Assembly (NCBI GenBank): GCA_963850305.1
Contig: CAWKKR010000007.1
Coordinates: 992,001-1,056,000, forward strand
DNA: 64,000 bases
Reading direction: 5' to 3'
Source of the DNA: an uncultured delta proteobacterium
GTDB taxonomy: Bacteria; Myxococcota_A; Polyangia; Polyangiales; Polyangiaceae
Positions 50,693-62,200 of the stretch are shown one piece after another. The notes under the pieces were generated by a model. That model saw nothing but the letters and a program-made list of their open reading frames with translations. It was not told the origin of the DNA and made no database searches. How positions within the stretch are numbered: position 1 is the stretch's first letter; each line of letters begins with the position of its first letter. Both the position numbers and the translations under genes were made by a program.

Positions 50693-53304
50693 TCGGGAAC
50701 CTCGCGATCGATCGAGGCCACCACGAGGGCTTCGGCAGCACGCACCGCCTCTGCGGTGGGAGTGACGAGCTCGAGCTTTCCGTCGACGTTTCGGATGACT
50801 CCCTGATCGAGCAAGGACGCGAAAGCGTTCTTGAGCGTAGGCTGACTGACGGCTTCGGGGCGCTCCACTTCTCCAGTGAAGAACATGCGGTGGCCCGTGT
50901 GCAAGGTCTTCCTGACGAGCTCGCGCTCGGGCATGGGCCCCTTGAGCAGTGCGCCGAGTCCGCGCGCGGCGACTCGATACGCCTCGAGGAAGTTTCGGAC
51001 GAATGCCGCGTAGGTGAGGAGCCACTCACGGCCACTCCAGCCGAGCCGTCCGGGTCCGGGCGAAAGCTGCCCTCGGTCGTCCGTCACCACCTCGCCGGCG
51101 CGCTGCATGCGGAGGAGGGTCTCGTCGAAGATCTCCGCGAACGGCGCGTCGGCGCGGAATCGAAACTCGTGCTTGAAGAGACGCGAAAGCTTTTGCACCC
51201 GGTCGCGGACGCCGTCCCGGGACATCGGCGAACCCGGGTTGGCGAGCATGGCGACCGAGACCAGGCTCCGTTCGACGAAGAAGTGCACGATCATGTTCTT
51301 CGACGTGTCGAGCTCGAGGCGCTTGGAGTCCGGGATCGTGTAGATCGTACCGGGACCAACGGTATGGGGCCGGGCTTCGGTGTCGACGTCCGCGGGTGCG
51401 TGGGCTTCGATCAGGTCCGCGTCCGTGAAGAGTTGCGCCGCTTCGCGGATGGCCTCGGGCCTGAGATTACCGGAGGACGTCGCCATGCTCGGGGTCATTC
51501 GCGCGCCGAGCTCACAGAGCACCGTCACTAGGCGCCCACAGCGCTCGACCAACTCGTCGTGCGGAAGGCCCCGGTAGCCGTGCGAGAGCAGAGCAAGGGC
51601 CGTGATCGATCCCGGCGTGGCCGCCGTGACGCGATTGATCTCGTCCATGACGCGGTTGCCCAGCCGTGTGACGACGGCGCGTCGCTGCGCGGGGCGGAGA
51701 TCCGTTTTGCGAGGCAACCCGAGATCGTCCCGGAGGTCGTCGAGCGTCAGGATGGTCCCGAATTGAAGATTGATACGGCCGTAGCGGTGCCGCAGAACGT
51801 CCGTGGACCGGAGCAGGCCGGCGGCGTCCTCTTTGACCTTTTCACCGCCCGAGAGCTCGCGACCGTACGCTCCGGTCTCCACGATGCGTTCGTAGCCAAT
51901 ACTGATGGGCACGAAGCACGCCTGACGTTGCGGGACCGACAGCGCGGCTTCGACGATCATGCCGAGCAGGCCGAATTTCGGCGCCAGGAGCTTTCCCGTC
52001 CGGCTTCGTGCCCCCTCGACGAAGAGCTCGATCGGAAACCCGTCGCGGATCAGCCGGCGGATGTACGTATCGACGACGGAAGAGTAGAGCCGGTCTCCCT
52101 TGAACGATCGGCGGATGAAGAAGGCGCCGGCGCGACGGAAAATCGGACCGAGCGGAAAGAACGACAGGTTGTCTCCCGCCGCGATGAGCGGAAGCTGGAT
52201 GTTCTCGTCGTTGAAGACGTAGCTGAGGATCAAGAAATCGATGTAGCTCTTGTGGCTCGGGAGCAGCACGACGGAGCCCTCTTTGCTCGCTTCGCGCACG
52301 CGATCGAGTCCCTCGCGATCGACGTCGATCCCCGCGTAGATCCGATGGAACACGCGGTCGAGGAGCATCGCCAGGGCGCCGATCGTGGCGCCGTCCGGGA
52401 CGGCCTGGAGCTTCCGGAGCATCCCGAGCGCCTTCTCCGTGAGATCGAGTCGATTCTCGGCTGGCGTTTCGGCAAGCTGCTTGATCGTCGCCTGGAGTTT
52501 CGGACTCCGGACGAGCTCTTCACGAACGCGGTCAGGGGGTTTTTCTGCGGGGCCAATGACACTCCGGCGTTCTCGCTCGAGGCGTCTGAGGACGGCATAA
52601 ACAATCCGGCGAACGTGGTTCTCGTCGGAGGTCGCGGGGGCCGTGTCCAGGTACGCGCGCAGGTCGAGTGGCTCACCCGCCTTGAGCTCCACGTGCCGGT
52701 AGTTCGCGAGGAACTGCCCGACGGTGCGCACCGGGCTCGGCCATTCTCGGGGGCCTAGCAGGAAGTCGAGCGCGCGGGTGCCGCGAGTGTCGGGTCGTTT
52801 CGTCCACACGAACACTTGCGGCAAGAGCAGGATCCGGTGCGACGGATTGGCGCGCTGCACGTCGAGCAGCGTGCGGATGAGCTCATCGCCCTCTTTCAAG
52901 CCCCGTCCGCCCGTCGCGCCCGTCGCGACGTCGAGAACTCCCGGTGGTCGTTTCAGAAACAGGGCAGCAGAGCCGCCATTCTCGATTGCGTTCCGGAGCT
53001 GGGCCGCAGGTGAGCCTGAAGGCCCCGGAATGAATGCCTTCATGAATCCCTGACCCATCCAGGCGCCCAGGTCATTCGCGAATTTGATCTCCGGGAGACC
53101 GAAGCGTTGAGTCAGGCGATCGAGCGCCAGGAAGTCGACGAAGTTGAGGTTTCGAAGCACGTAAACGACCGTCCCGCCCGCGGCGAGCCCGCGCACCGAG
53201 CGCATCCACGCTTCATCGACCTGGATGGAGTCGAAGAACTTGCTGTAGACGGCTTGAAGTGCGAGCGTGGGCCGATAAGTCGTGCTGGTCGCGCGTTTCG
53301 CCAT
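50689..53304 (-). CDS. plsB: Glycerol-3-phosphate acyltransferase
   Basis: HKSYID, GAFFIRR, FVEGARSRTGK, PISIGYE. Confidence 0.93.
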   Translation of the reverse strand: MAKRATSTTYRPTLALQAVYSKFFDSIQVDEAWMRSVRGLAAGGTVVYVLRNLNFVDFLALDRLTQRFGLPEIKFANDLGAWMGQGFMKAFIPGPSGSPAAQLRNAIENGGSAALFLKRPPGVLDVATGATGGRGLKEGDELIRTLLDVQRANPSHRILLLPQVFVWTKRPDTRGTRALDFLLGPREWPSPVRTVGQFLANYRHVELKAGEPLDLRAYLDTAPATSDENHVRRIVYAVLRRLERERRSVIGPAEKPPDRVREELVRSPKLQATIKQLAETPAENRLDLTEKALGMLRKLQAVPDGATIGALAMLLDRVFHRIYAGIDVDREGLDRVREASKEGSVVLLPSHKSYIDFLILSYVFNDENIQLPLIAAGDNLSFFPLGPIFRRAGAFFIRRSFKGDRLYSSVVDTYIRRLIRDGFPIELFVEGARSRTGKLLAPKFGLLGMIVEAALSVPQRQACFVPISIGYERIVETGAYGRELSGGEKVKEDAAGLLRSTDVLRHRYGRINLQFGTILTLDDLRDDLGLPRKTDLRPAQRRAVVTRLGNRVMDEINRVTAATPGSITALALLSHGYRGLPHDELVERCGRLVTVLCELGARMTPSMATSSGNLRPEAIREAAQLFTDADLIEAHAPADVDTEARPHTVGPGTIYTIPDSKRLELDTSKNMIVHFFVERSLVSVAMLANPGSPMSRDGVRDRVQKLSRLFKHEFRFRADAPFAEIFDETLLRMQRAGEVVTDDRGQLSPGPGRLGWSGREWLLTYAAFVRNFLEAYRVAARGLGALLKGPMPERELVRKTLHTGHRMFFTGEVERPEAVSQPTLKNAFASLLDQGVIRNVDGKLELVTPTAEAVRAAEALVVASIDREVPE

Positions 53305-53341
53305 GAGATGGCCGCGCGACCTTACCGAGAGCTGACCCTCC

Positions 53342-54737
53342 GTGACAGGCCGAGCGACGTGGCTCCTTCTCGTACTAGTGTCGTCGCTGTTGCCGTCGGC
53401 GTGCAAGCGCGCTGTCTCCCGGGTGGCGAAGCCGGTCTCCCAGGTGGTCCCATCGGACTCTGCCGCACCGCCGCCGTCCCCGCCCGAGGAGCGCTGCGTC
53501 CCGGGCGAGCGCGGGCTCTTCTCGCTCGGGCACCCGACGCGCCCCAGGGTCGGCGACGAGCTGGATGATGACGGGGTCGAGCTGCCGTTCGCTCCGGAGG
53601 TCGGTTCTGCGACGGCGTTTACGGGTGGCTTCGCAGTCGGGGCCCTGGAGCCGGACCGGAAGTCGACGAACGCCGTGCTTGTCGTGTTCTCCTTGTCGCC
53701 TCCCGGCGGAAAAAAGATAGACCTCGGAGCGGTCCACGGCGACGTCTTGCCGCCGAGCGTTGCGGGGGAAGCCGGCTTCCTGGTCGCCGCCGTGCCCGAC
53801 GGTGCGCCTAATGGAGCGCTCCTCCGCCTGGTCCGCGTCGACGACCCGACCGGATCTGCCCGGATCACGTGGGGTGCGGTCACGCAGGTTCCGCGTAATG
53901 ACTCGGACGTCTATGCAATCGACGTGGCGGGGACCACGGGTCTCCTCGCGTGGGACGCATGGGACTCCGGCGGAGATCACGGCATCATTCGCGCGGTCTC
54001 CTTTGCATCCATGGACATCATGAAGACGAGCCCGCCCGTCGTGTGGTCCGACGCGCACGATGACGCGGAGGGGCCGATGCTCGCAGCTCGGACGGGGGGA
54101 TTCTGGGCGGCATGGATCGTCAACGTGAAACGCGCCCCGTCCAGGAAGGAGCGGGACGAATCCACGGGTGCCCCGGAAGTCGTCGACATGGGGCCGCGGT
54201 ACGTGATGCTGGCGCCCCTCGATGAACTCGGGCGCCCGAGCGGAACTCCCGAAGCCGTGACGCCCAAAGACGGGCACGTTACCGGTTTCGATTCTCGCGT
54301 CACTCCCCGACGGAAGTGCGATGGTGGCCTGGCGCGACGATCTGACGGCCCCGGGAACGCCCGGCGGCGTCGTGCACCTGGTGGTCGCGCGGCAAGGGGG
54401 GACGGTCGAGTCGCGAGTCGTCGCCAACGATGACGTGACCGTGGGCACGCCGTCGTTGCTCGTCGATGCGACGCCGACCAGCGAAGTGGCCGGATGGCTC
54501 GAGCTCACCGACGAAGCGGACGCCGCCAGACTCGCCGCACTCGACGGGGATGCGCGCGTCGTCGATACGCTCGGCGTCGAACGCAACGTCGGCACCGGCC
54601 AGGCCCTTGCCGTTCGCGGAGGGCGCGTGCTCGTTGCGTGGCCGCGCGGAAAGGGTGTTGAGTTCGGTGTCCTTGCATGCAACAAGGGACGCGGCGGCGC
54701 TCCGGCGCCCGGCGCCGGCGGGAACCCCGTGCCGTGA
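53342..54737 (+). CDS. Hypothetical lipoprotein, apparent frameshift near 54300
   Basis: Lipobox PSAC; ORF 53342..54433 continues plausibly in 54321..54737. Confidence 0.55.
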
Positions 54738-54739
54738 CC

Positions 54740-55357
54740 CTACTCGACGATCCTGATTCCAGGGCCCCCTCGTGGGCGGGTCATGCCGAGGGTAGACGCC
54801 ACACTCTCGGCTTGCTTTTTCCCGAGGAACACCTCGACCAGATGCAGCGCCGCGTCCATCGCGCCGAGCGGCGTCGCTGCCGTGAGGGCCTTGCCGGCCT
54901 CGCGGAACCGGGAATCTCCGTCCGCACGTGCCGTCGGGGCAAGCTCTGCCAGGCGTTCCTCGACGTCGCCCCGGACCGAGACGTCGAGGCCGTCGAGCAC
55001 GCCCGCCTTCGCGAAGGGTAACACGCCGTTCCCGATTCCGACCAGTCGAGTTGCCGAAGCGGACACCGCTCGGAGCCAGGCAATCAGCCGATCGTCGGTC
55101 AGAGCCCGGCGCGCGCCGTATCCGCCGGGTACGACGACAACCTCCGGGGCCGGACAGTCGTCGAGGGGACCGGCGTTCAAGGGAAGCTGATTGCGCGTTG
55201 CAACGAGCCCCGGGACGGACGAGACCGTGAACAGCTTGAAGGGACGAAAGTTCCAGTTCCGCCCGGCAGTGGTCCAGACGGAGACCGGTCCGGCGACGTC
55301 CAGAATCTCGACCTCGTCGAACAACACGATCGCGACGGAGCGGGAACTCGTCCGCAT
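54740..55357 (-). CDS. DJ-1/PfpI family protein
   Basis: VAIVLFDEVEILDVAGP, VVVPGG, AGVLDG; the usual Cys position reads GIGNG. Confidence 0.85.
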   Translation of the reverse strand: MRTSSRSVAIVLFDEVEILDVAGPVSVWTTAGRNWNFRPFKLFTVSSVPGLVATRNQLPLNAGPLDDCPAPEVVVVPGGYGARRALTDDRLIAWLRAVSASATRLVGIGNGVLPFAKAGVLDGLDVSVRGDVEERLAELAPTARADGDSRFREAGKALTAATPLGAMDAALHLVEVFLGKKQAESVASTLGMTRPRGGPGIRIVE

Positions 55358-55443
55358 TCACCTCCACGGTACCCGATGACGCATCGGACCACCCGAAAAG
55401 CGGCGTCCCGCCAAAAACTCGAGACCGCGCTCGGTTCTCAAGC

Positions 55444-56208
55444 TCAGGGGAAGGGCGCTGCCTTGACCGGGGCGAGCCTCACCCGCGGCTGCAAGAACCG
55501 GTCGATGTAGCCGCTGAGGGCCACAGTGCCGCTCGCGTTAGTCGTCACCTGGATCGCGCTCGTGCCGTTCAGGTGCCAGCCTTCGGTCAAGGTGTCGAAC
55601 TTGTACGTCGAAAGCGGCGGAAGCGTCACGGACCTGAAGTCCGTCGACGAGAGGTTCGAGAAGTCGATCTCGAACGGGTAATCGCTCTGGCTCGTGACGA
55701 CCATGACGACGCGAAGGGTGCCGTTCAAGTAGGGCACGCGATAGGAGCCGCCCGTGAAGACGCTGCCTCCCGTCGAGAACAGTGCCCCTCCGTACTGCAC
55801 GTACGTTTGAAATACGGACTGGTCGGTCTCCGCGGTCGACTGGAGAAGGATGGTACCGTACCCGCCCGCGAAGGCCGAATTCAGCAGGTTGACGTCGTGC
55901 TCGACGGTTGCCTCTGCCGGGACGTTGACGGTGCTGACGAGGACGGGTGCTGCGGCCGTATGTGTCGTATCCGTCGTCTTGTCGCCGACGTAATAGATCT
56001 GCACCGTGACGGGGTTCACGTCGGTGGTGAGCGTCACCGTTGCAGATAGCGTGTCCACCAGATTGATGATCGTATTGTCCGCGAACTGCGACTTCTGCGT
56101 GACCGCTCCGATGGCGTCGTTGCCCGGAGCTTCCGTGCCCGACAGATCTTGTCCCCCGGAGCAGCCCGCCAAGAGTGCGAGACTGGCGATCAGCGTGTAC
56201 GACCTCAT
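55444..56208 (-). CDS. Beta-rich lipoprotein of unknown function
   Basis: RBS AAGGAGG, lipobox LAGC. Confidence 0.75.
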   Translation of the reverse strand: MRSYTLIASLALLAGCSGGQDLSGTEAPGNDAIGAVTQKSQFADNTIINLVDTLSATVTLTTDVNPVTVQIYYVGDKTTDTTHTAAAPVLVSTVNVPAEATVEHDVNLLNSAFAGGYGTILLQSTAETDQSVFQTYVQYGGALFSTGGSVFTGGSYRVPYLNGTLRVVMVVTSQSDYPFEIDFSNLSSTDFRSVTLPPLSTYKFDTLTEGWHLNGTSAIQVTTNASGTVALSGYIDRFLQPRVRLAPVKAAPFP

Positions 56209-56496
56209 GTGCTTCCTCCTTATGTGACGTGCCGAGCGCAAAGATCGGCAGACTTCACAATCTTCCCGTTCGGGGCGATGGCCAAGAACATTCGAAGGCG
56301 CACCTTCGCTTCGCGAAGTAGGCGCACGTCCGTGCATTCGAGGGACGTGTGGCCGTTCGAAGATCCGGTATGAATCAGGCCAGATCGTCATGCGCTGGAG
56401 CGTCGAACCTGAGATACTCACCCACAGGAAGCGCGACACTCACACGCCGTCGCTTTGGTGTTGGGAAATGTGTGCTCCGGTACGCGCTTCTCGCGA

Positions 56497-57513
56497 TCAC
56501 ACGTGTGGATTCCAACACGCGACGCGATGCCCGCTGCCCCGATCGGTCTCGCGAAGCCGGGGGAGCTCGACGTTGCAGGTTCCGGCGAGGGCGCGCGGAC
56601 ATCGGGGATGAAACGCGCAGCCACGCGGCGGGTCCAGCGCATCTCCCGGCTCACCGTCGAGCACGATTTGGAGCTTCTTTCGGGAGGGAAGCGCGGTCGG
56701 GGTCGCGCTGATCAGCGCCCGTGTGTATGGGTGGAGTCGCCGCTCGAACAACGAGGCAGTCGGACCGGTTTCCACGATCCGTCCGAGGTACATCACCGCG
56801 ACGCGCTGGCTCATGAATTCCACGACCCGGAGGTCGTGCGAGACGAAGAGATACGAGAGCGCCAGCTCTTCCTGGAGGTCGAGCAGAAGATTCACCACCC
56901 GCGCCTCGACGGAAGGGTCGAGGGCGCTGACGGGGTCGTCGCAAACGATGAAGCTCGGTTCCGCGGCAAGCGCGCGAGCAATTCCGATTCGCTGTCGTTG
57001 ACCCCCGCTGAATTCGTGGGGGCGACGGTGCATGTCATCCGGGCGCAACCCCACCTTTTCCAGCAATGCGGTCACGCGGGCATCGATGGCCCCTCGATCG
57101 GTGACCAGGCGATGAACGCGGATCGCCTCCGCAATCGTGTTGCCCGCTGTCATCCGCGGATCGAGTGAAGCGTTCGGGTCTTGAAAGATGATCTGCATGC
57201 GCCTCCGGAGTGGGCGGACTTCATGCTCCGTCTTCCGGGTGATCTCGACGCCGTCGAACACGACGCGCCCGACGGTGGGTTCGACGAGACCAAGGATGGT
57301 CCGGGCAAGCGTCGTCTTGCCCGAGCCACTTTCGCCGACCAGGCCGAGGGTCTCCCCCCGTCGAACGTAAAGCGAAACGTCATTCACGGCGCGCAGCAGG
57401 TTCTTCCCCGAGAGCGGAGAGGTTCGAACCTCGAATACCTTCGTCAACCGATCGACACGGAGGAGCGGTGCTGCGCGGTCCGGCAATCGACCATCGTCGT
57501 CGGCGAGGGTCAC
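56497..57513 (-). CDS. Oligopeptide ABC ATPase (OppF/DppF-like), Walker B E>D
   Basis: GESGSGKT, FSGGQRQR, IVCDDP, HPYT, C-terminal Cys motif. Confidence 0.93.
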   Translation of the reverse strand: MTLADDDGRLPDRAAPLLRVDRLTKVFEVRTSPLSGKNLLRAVNDVSLYVRRGETLGLVGESGSGKTTLARTILGLVEPTVGRVVFDGVEITRKTEHEVRPLRRRMQIIFQDPNASLDPRMTAGNTIAEAIRVHRLVTDRGAIDARVTALLEKVGLRPDDMHRRPHEFSGGQRQRIGIARALAAEPSFIVCDDPVSALDPSVEARVVNLLLDLQEELALSYLFVSHDLRVVEFMSQRVAVMYLGRIVETGPTASLFERRLHPYTRALISATPTALPSRKKLQIVLDGEPGDALDPPRGCAFHPRCPRALAGTCNVELPRLRETDRGSGHRVACWNPHV

Positions 57514-58517
57514 GCGCTGGGGCTCCCGAAATGACAGCGCACGCTCCGACCCGGAGAGAGCTCGGTCATCGCAGGTTCTGCGTCGCGGCAGCGATCATTC
57601 CCGTCCACGCCCGATTGTCTCAGCGAGCAGCGTTCCGCGAACCGGCAGCCGCCCCCGAGCCGAGCCAGATCCGGGGCGGTCCCGGCGATGGCGTGCAGGC
57701 GCCGCGGACGGCCACCCGGTGGTGTGCGAGCGTTGAGGCCGCTCGCGAGTAGCTCCCTCGTATACGGATGTCGTGGGTCGAAAAAAATGGATTCGACCGG
57801 AGCCGACTCCACTACTCGACCGGCATAAACGATCACTACTTCGCTGGCAAACTCTGCCACGACCCCGAGATCGTGGGTGATGAACAGGATTGCCATGCCG
57901 AGTTCGGCCTGCAGCCGCTTCAGGAGCTCCAGCACTTGCGCTTGACTGGATACGTCGAGCGCCGTGGTGGGCTCGTCCGCGATGAGCAGGGCGGGGCGAC
58001 ACGCAAGTGCCATAGCGAGCATCACGCGTTGCCGCATCCCATCCGACAGCTCGTGTGGATACGCATCGGCTCGAGCCTCGGGCGTGGAAATACCGACGCT
58101 CGCCAGCAACTCGATCGCGCGCTTGCGCGCACCGCTACGAGTTTCAGGCTGGTGGAGACGGATGACCTCCGCAATCTGGGATCCGACCGAATAGACGGGG
58201 TTCAGCAGCTCCTTCGGTTCCTGGAAGACCATGGAGATCCCGGGGCCCCGAACCGCCCCGAGCTCCCGGTCGGACATCGCCAGGAGGTTGGAACCTGCGA
58301 ACGAGACTTCCCCGCGTTCGATGGATCCCGACGGCGACGCAATGAGTCGCAAGATCGACAGGGCGATGACGCTCCTGCCCGAGCCGCTCTCTCCCACCAG
58401 CGCGACGGTCGTGCCCGGATTCACGTCGAACGAAACCCCGTCGACGGCCCGCAAGGGGCCTCTGCCCGTGTCGAAGCGCACGGTGAGGTCCCGCACCCGG
58501 AGCAACGGCGCATTCAT
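57510..58517 (-). CDS. Oligopeptide ABC ATPase (OppD/DppD-like), Walker A K>R, signature LSDG
   Basis: GESGSGRS, LSDGMRQR, ADEPTTALD, HPYT. Confidence 0.93.
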   Translation of the reverse strand: MNAPLLRVRDLTVRFDTGRGPLRAVDGVSFDVNPGTTVALVGESGSGRSVIALSILRLIASPSGSIERGEVSFAGSNLLAMSDRELGAVRGPGISMVFQEPKELLNPVYSVGSQIAEVIRLHQPETRSGARKRAIELLASVGISTPEARADAYPHELSDGMRQRVMLAMALACRPALLIADEPTTALDVSSQAQVLELLKRLQAELGMAILFITHDLGVVAEFASEVVIVYAGRVVESAPVESIFFDPRHPYTRELLASGLNARTPPGGRPRRLHAIAGTAPDLARLGGGCRFAERCSLRQSGVDGNDRCRDAEPAMTELSPGRSVRCHFGSPSA

Positions 58518-58541
58518 GCGACGACGTTACCACGCGCCCCG

Positions 58542-59192
58542 CTACCGGTTCGGGTCCGACAGATACACATCCAGGCGCGGCGGGGCGCCGCCGCCGAGGC
58601 CCGTGAGGAGCGCCACCTCGTCGCCACCCGCTCGTGCAGTGACGGCAATGCCCGAATCACTTTCGCGGCGGGCGAGGGATCGAACGATCTCCGTGACGTC
58701 GACTCGCGCCAGCATCGCCGGGCCCGCTCGCGCAAAACCCCTGGCTTCGGGGGCCAGCAAGGGTGGACGCACCCCTGCGGCGATCCGTTCGGGCGACCAG
58801 GGAGCTCCCAGGGTCCAGACCGAAAGCGCGACGTCGTCGGAGGCGGGCATTGTATCCGGGGACGGTTCGAGGAGAAGGAAAGCCGCCGCCACATGGCCCC
58901 TGGGCTTCCAGTTCGAATCGAACTCGAGATAGAGAACCGAGCTACGCCGGCCCCCCAGCAGGACCGTCGCCGCCCGCTCGCCACCGTCTCCTCCCACGGT
59001 TTCGATGATCGGTTCGAGCACGATTCGACGCACCTGTGCCGGAACGGGCTCGAAGCCGGCCGTGACGCATCGGTCGGCAAGACACTCGTGCCCCTTCCCG
59101 CACGTCTCGCCGAGGCAGGGGTTGCCGAGCGGCGAACATCCGAGCGCGGTCAGCGCTACGAAGAGCAGCGATGTCGAGCGGAACCCAGTCAC
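58542..59192 (-). CDS. Hypothetical lipoprotein
   Basis: Lipobox ALGC followed by a small Cys knot; ends PPRLDVY. Confidence 0.6.
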   Translation of the reverse strand: MTGFRSTSLLFVALTALGCSPLGNPCLGETCGKGHECLADRCVTAGFEPVPAQVRRIVLEPIIETVGGDGGERAATVLLGGRRSSVLYLEFDSNWKPRGHVAAAFLLLEPSPDTMPASDDVALSVWTLGAPWSPERIAAGVRPPLLAPEARGFARAGPAMLARVDVTEIVRSLARRESDSGIAVTARAGGDEVALLTGLGGGAPPRLDVYLSDPNR

Positions 59193-59233
59193 GGTGCCTC
59201 GAGTCTTGCTCGTTGATCCGCCGGCGACAACGC

Positions 59234-62200
59234 TCACCGCCTCCGCCGCCGTCGTTCGAGCACGGCTTCGGCGCTCGTCGGCCTGGACGGCGGTGGGGCG
59301 TCCGGGTCTCCGTGAGGCAACGATGGCGCCGGAGGCTCCCCGGTTCCCGGCCATCGTCGTGACGCGACCGACAGGAGCAGAGAAAAGGCACCTGCGACGA
59401 CGAGCCACGGCGTGAGAGGACGGGTCGCGTGGCCCGGCTCCGGACGATCGAGAAAGAGTCGACCCACATTCGACAGCGTCTTGCCGCCCGTCGTCCGCGC
59501 GATCCGCGAGAGCGTTCCGCGATCGGTTCCTCCGGAGAGTTCGTCACCGGCCGACAGGTAGGCGCCCGCTGTACCGACCACTGAATTGGTCATATCGTCG
59601 CGCACGACCGTGAGGTATGCGCCTGGATGTGGCAGACGCACCTTTGCGGAAAACGAACCGGGGCCGTCGGCTTGCATGGGCGCGCGACTCGAGAAGCCTT
59701 TCGGGCCGGCGACGAACGCAGTGAGGCCATGAAGGGCGTCGTCGTTTGCCGTCCTCGTCGTGTCCCGCAGGAAAAGCGAGCCCGATGACGCATCCGCTTC
59801 GAGTGCGATCCCCGAGTCGTCGGGGCGCCGGGCGAGGACGCGACCGAGTTCCCCAAAGAGTCGGGCTGCGTCGCGCCAGTTCACCCAGGACGCTCCCCAT
59901 TTTCCACCGTAGTCGCTGGTGAACGCGCTGACGCGTCCGAGACCGACGGACCACGTCGCGAGCAGGGGGTCGCCGTCTGCCGCGAGCAGCGGGACCGTGG
60001 CTCGGAGTTTCGGCATGGTCACGACGTAGCCGGAGAGCAAGGGTGCCAGGGAGAAGTCGATTCCCCGCGTGAACGGGCTCGGGGCGCCCGGCGCCGCCCG
60101 AAACGGCATCTCCCGGAGCGCGTCTCCGCGTGCGAGCGTCGTCTCTTCCGCGAAGACGGCCGGAAGCCGGCTGGCGTCTTCGATGAGGTAGAAGCGGCCT
60201 CGGCCTTCGCGCGAAAGGCGTTCGAGGGCGGCGAAATCCTTGCCTCGACCGAGAGCAACGACGCTCGTCGTGATGCCTCGGTCGACTGCCGCGCGGGTCA
60301 TTGCGTCAGCCCGCTCCCTGTTTTCGGCATCGTCGCCGTCGGCAAACAGGAGGAGGTGCTTCGTCTCTACGGGCTGCCCGTCGAGCGCAGCGTACGCGGC
60401 CATCAATGCCACGTCGATGAAAATGCCGCCCCCACCAGGCCCTGCTTGCCGGATGCGATGTTCGACGTCGGCGGCATCCGTCAGTTGCGCAAGCGGGACG
60501 GTCCACCTTGCGTCTGTATCGACGTGCTCGACGCCGATACGATCGATGGCTCCCAGCAGCGCCGCAGAGCGGGCAGCGGCTTCATTGGCCAGAGCGAGTT
60601 TCGTTTCACCCCCGGCAGACGCAGACATCGAACCCGAAGAGTCAATCGCGATGACTTCGGCCAGGCGTGCGCGCCGTTGCTCGTTCGGCACCTCGAAAGC
60701 GACCGGGCTCACCTCCTCGACGGGGGTCTTCGCGTAACCGCCGGGCCCCAGGCTTCGGTCTCCGCCGAACAACATGAGGCCGCCTCCGAGATCGCGGACG
60801 CCGGACCCCAGCGCAGCCATCTGAGATACCGAAAGATCTTCGGCCGGGACGTTGCCCAGGACGACGAGGTCGGGGGCACCGAACTCGTCGAGCCCTAAAG
60901 GGGCCTCGGTCGCGGATTTGACATCCACCTCGAACCCTGCCGCCAGAAGCGCTGCTCGGATGGGTGTCGCGCGCGCAAGGTTGCCCTCGAGTAGCAGCGC
61001 GCGCGCCCGATCTCCGACGCGAACGAAGACGGATGCGCCGTCGTCCTCGGGGACGGAGTCGGATGCCGGGTCCTTTGGCCTCAGGTTCACATCGTAGCGG
61101 TGCAACCCCCCTCCGTCCGCGCGTTCGCGGATCCAGAATACGTCGGCGCCCGCGTGCAGGACGCGGCGGCCCTGGCTTCGCGGCGTTCCGTCCCTGTCGA
61201 CGCGAATCTCCACCTCGGTGTCTCGCGTCGCCTCGGTTGTCACGCGTAGGTCGATCGATTCATTTTCCGCTGCGTGTCGAGGGGCCTTCAGTGACACGAG
61301 CCGAACGTTCGGCGCGGGACGTCGCTCCCGCGGAACCACGTCCACGGGGATCCCAGCGAGCGCCGCCGCGAGCGCCGCATCGTCGGTGTCGCCGCGCGTC
61401 GCATCGCCGTCGCTCACGAGAACGATGCGGGCGCCGTCGCCGCGCGGAACCGCTGCGAGTGCGCGGCGGATCCCTGCCGCGATGTCCGTTCCGTCTCGAT
61501 TCACGATGGCTCGCGCGGAGGCGCCGCCGCCTCCACGTGGGTGAAGAGGTTCCTCGAGCGCCGCATCCGAGCCGAACGCGACGACCCCGAGCTGGTCTCC
61601 GGGCTTCATGCGCTGCTCGGCCCGCTGGATCTCTCCGTCGATGGTCGGCCCCTGGACGAGATCCATGCTGCGACTCCGATCGACGGCGACGACGATCGAC
61701 AGGCGATCGAAGCCCACGACCAGCAGTGGTCCCGCCAAAGCGATCCCCAGAATCAGTGCCGCCAAAATGGATGCTGTGTCGACCATGGCGCGACGCACGA
61801 GGTGCGGCGCAGCGGGTGCCAGAAACGCCACCACGGCTGCGAAGGTTGCGCTCGCTACGGCGACGAGCGTCCACAGGGGACGCTCGAACGTCAACCAGTG
61901 AGCGTCGGGCGAGTCACGGGTGAGGACGGCGTAGGTCGCCACCGCGATGCCGATCATGACGAGGGTGGAGCCGACGGTGAGCGACGGCACCGACGTCACT
62001 CTCGGTCTGCGACGACGCATGAACCATAGCGACTCCGCCAGAATGCACGAGAGGGCCAGGACCAACAGAAATGGACTTGCGTCGGAGCCTTCGCGCGGTT
62101 CCGAAGGAAAGGTGGCATTCGTGAAAGCCGCGGAGGGGCTTGAAGTTGCGGGAACGTGGCGAAGGTCGCTTTCAACGCCGGGTTCCAAATTGACCGCCTT

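Noticed and set aside
56215..56275. c-di-GMP-II riboswitch (GGAAGATTGTGAAG on the minus strand)
   Set aside because: The downstream conserved pseudoknot elements are absent; it is a simple hairpin only
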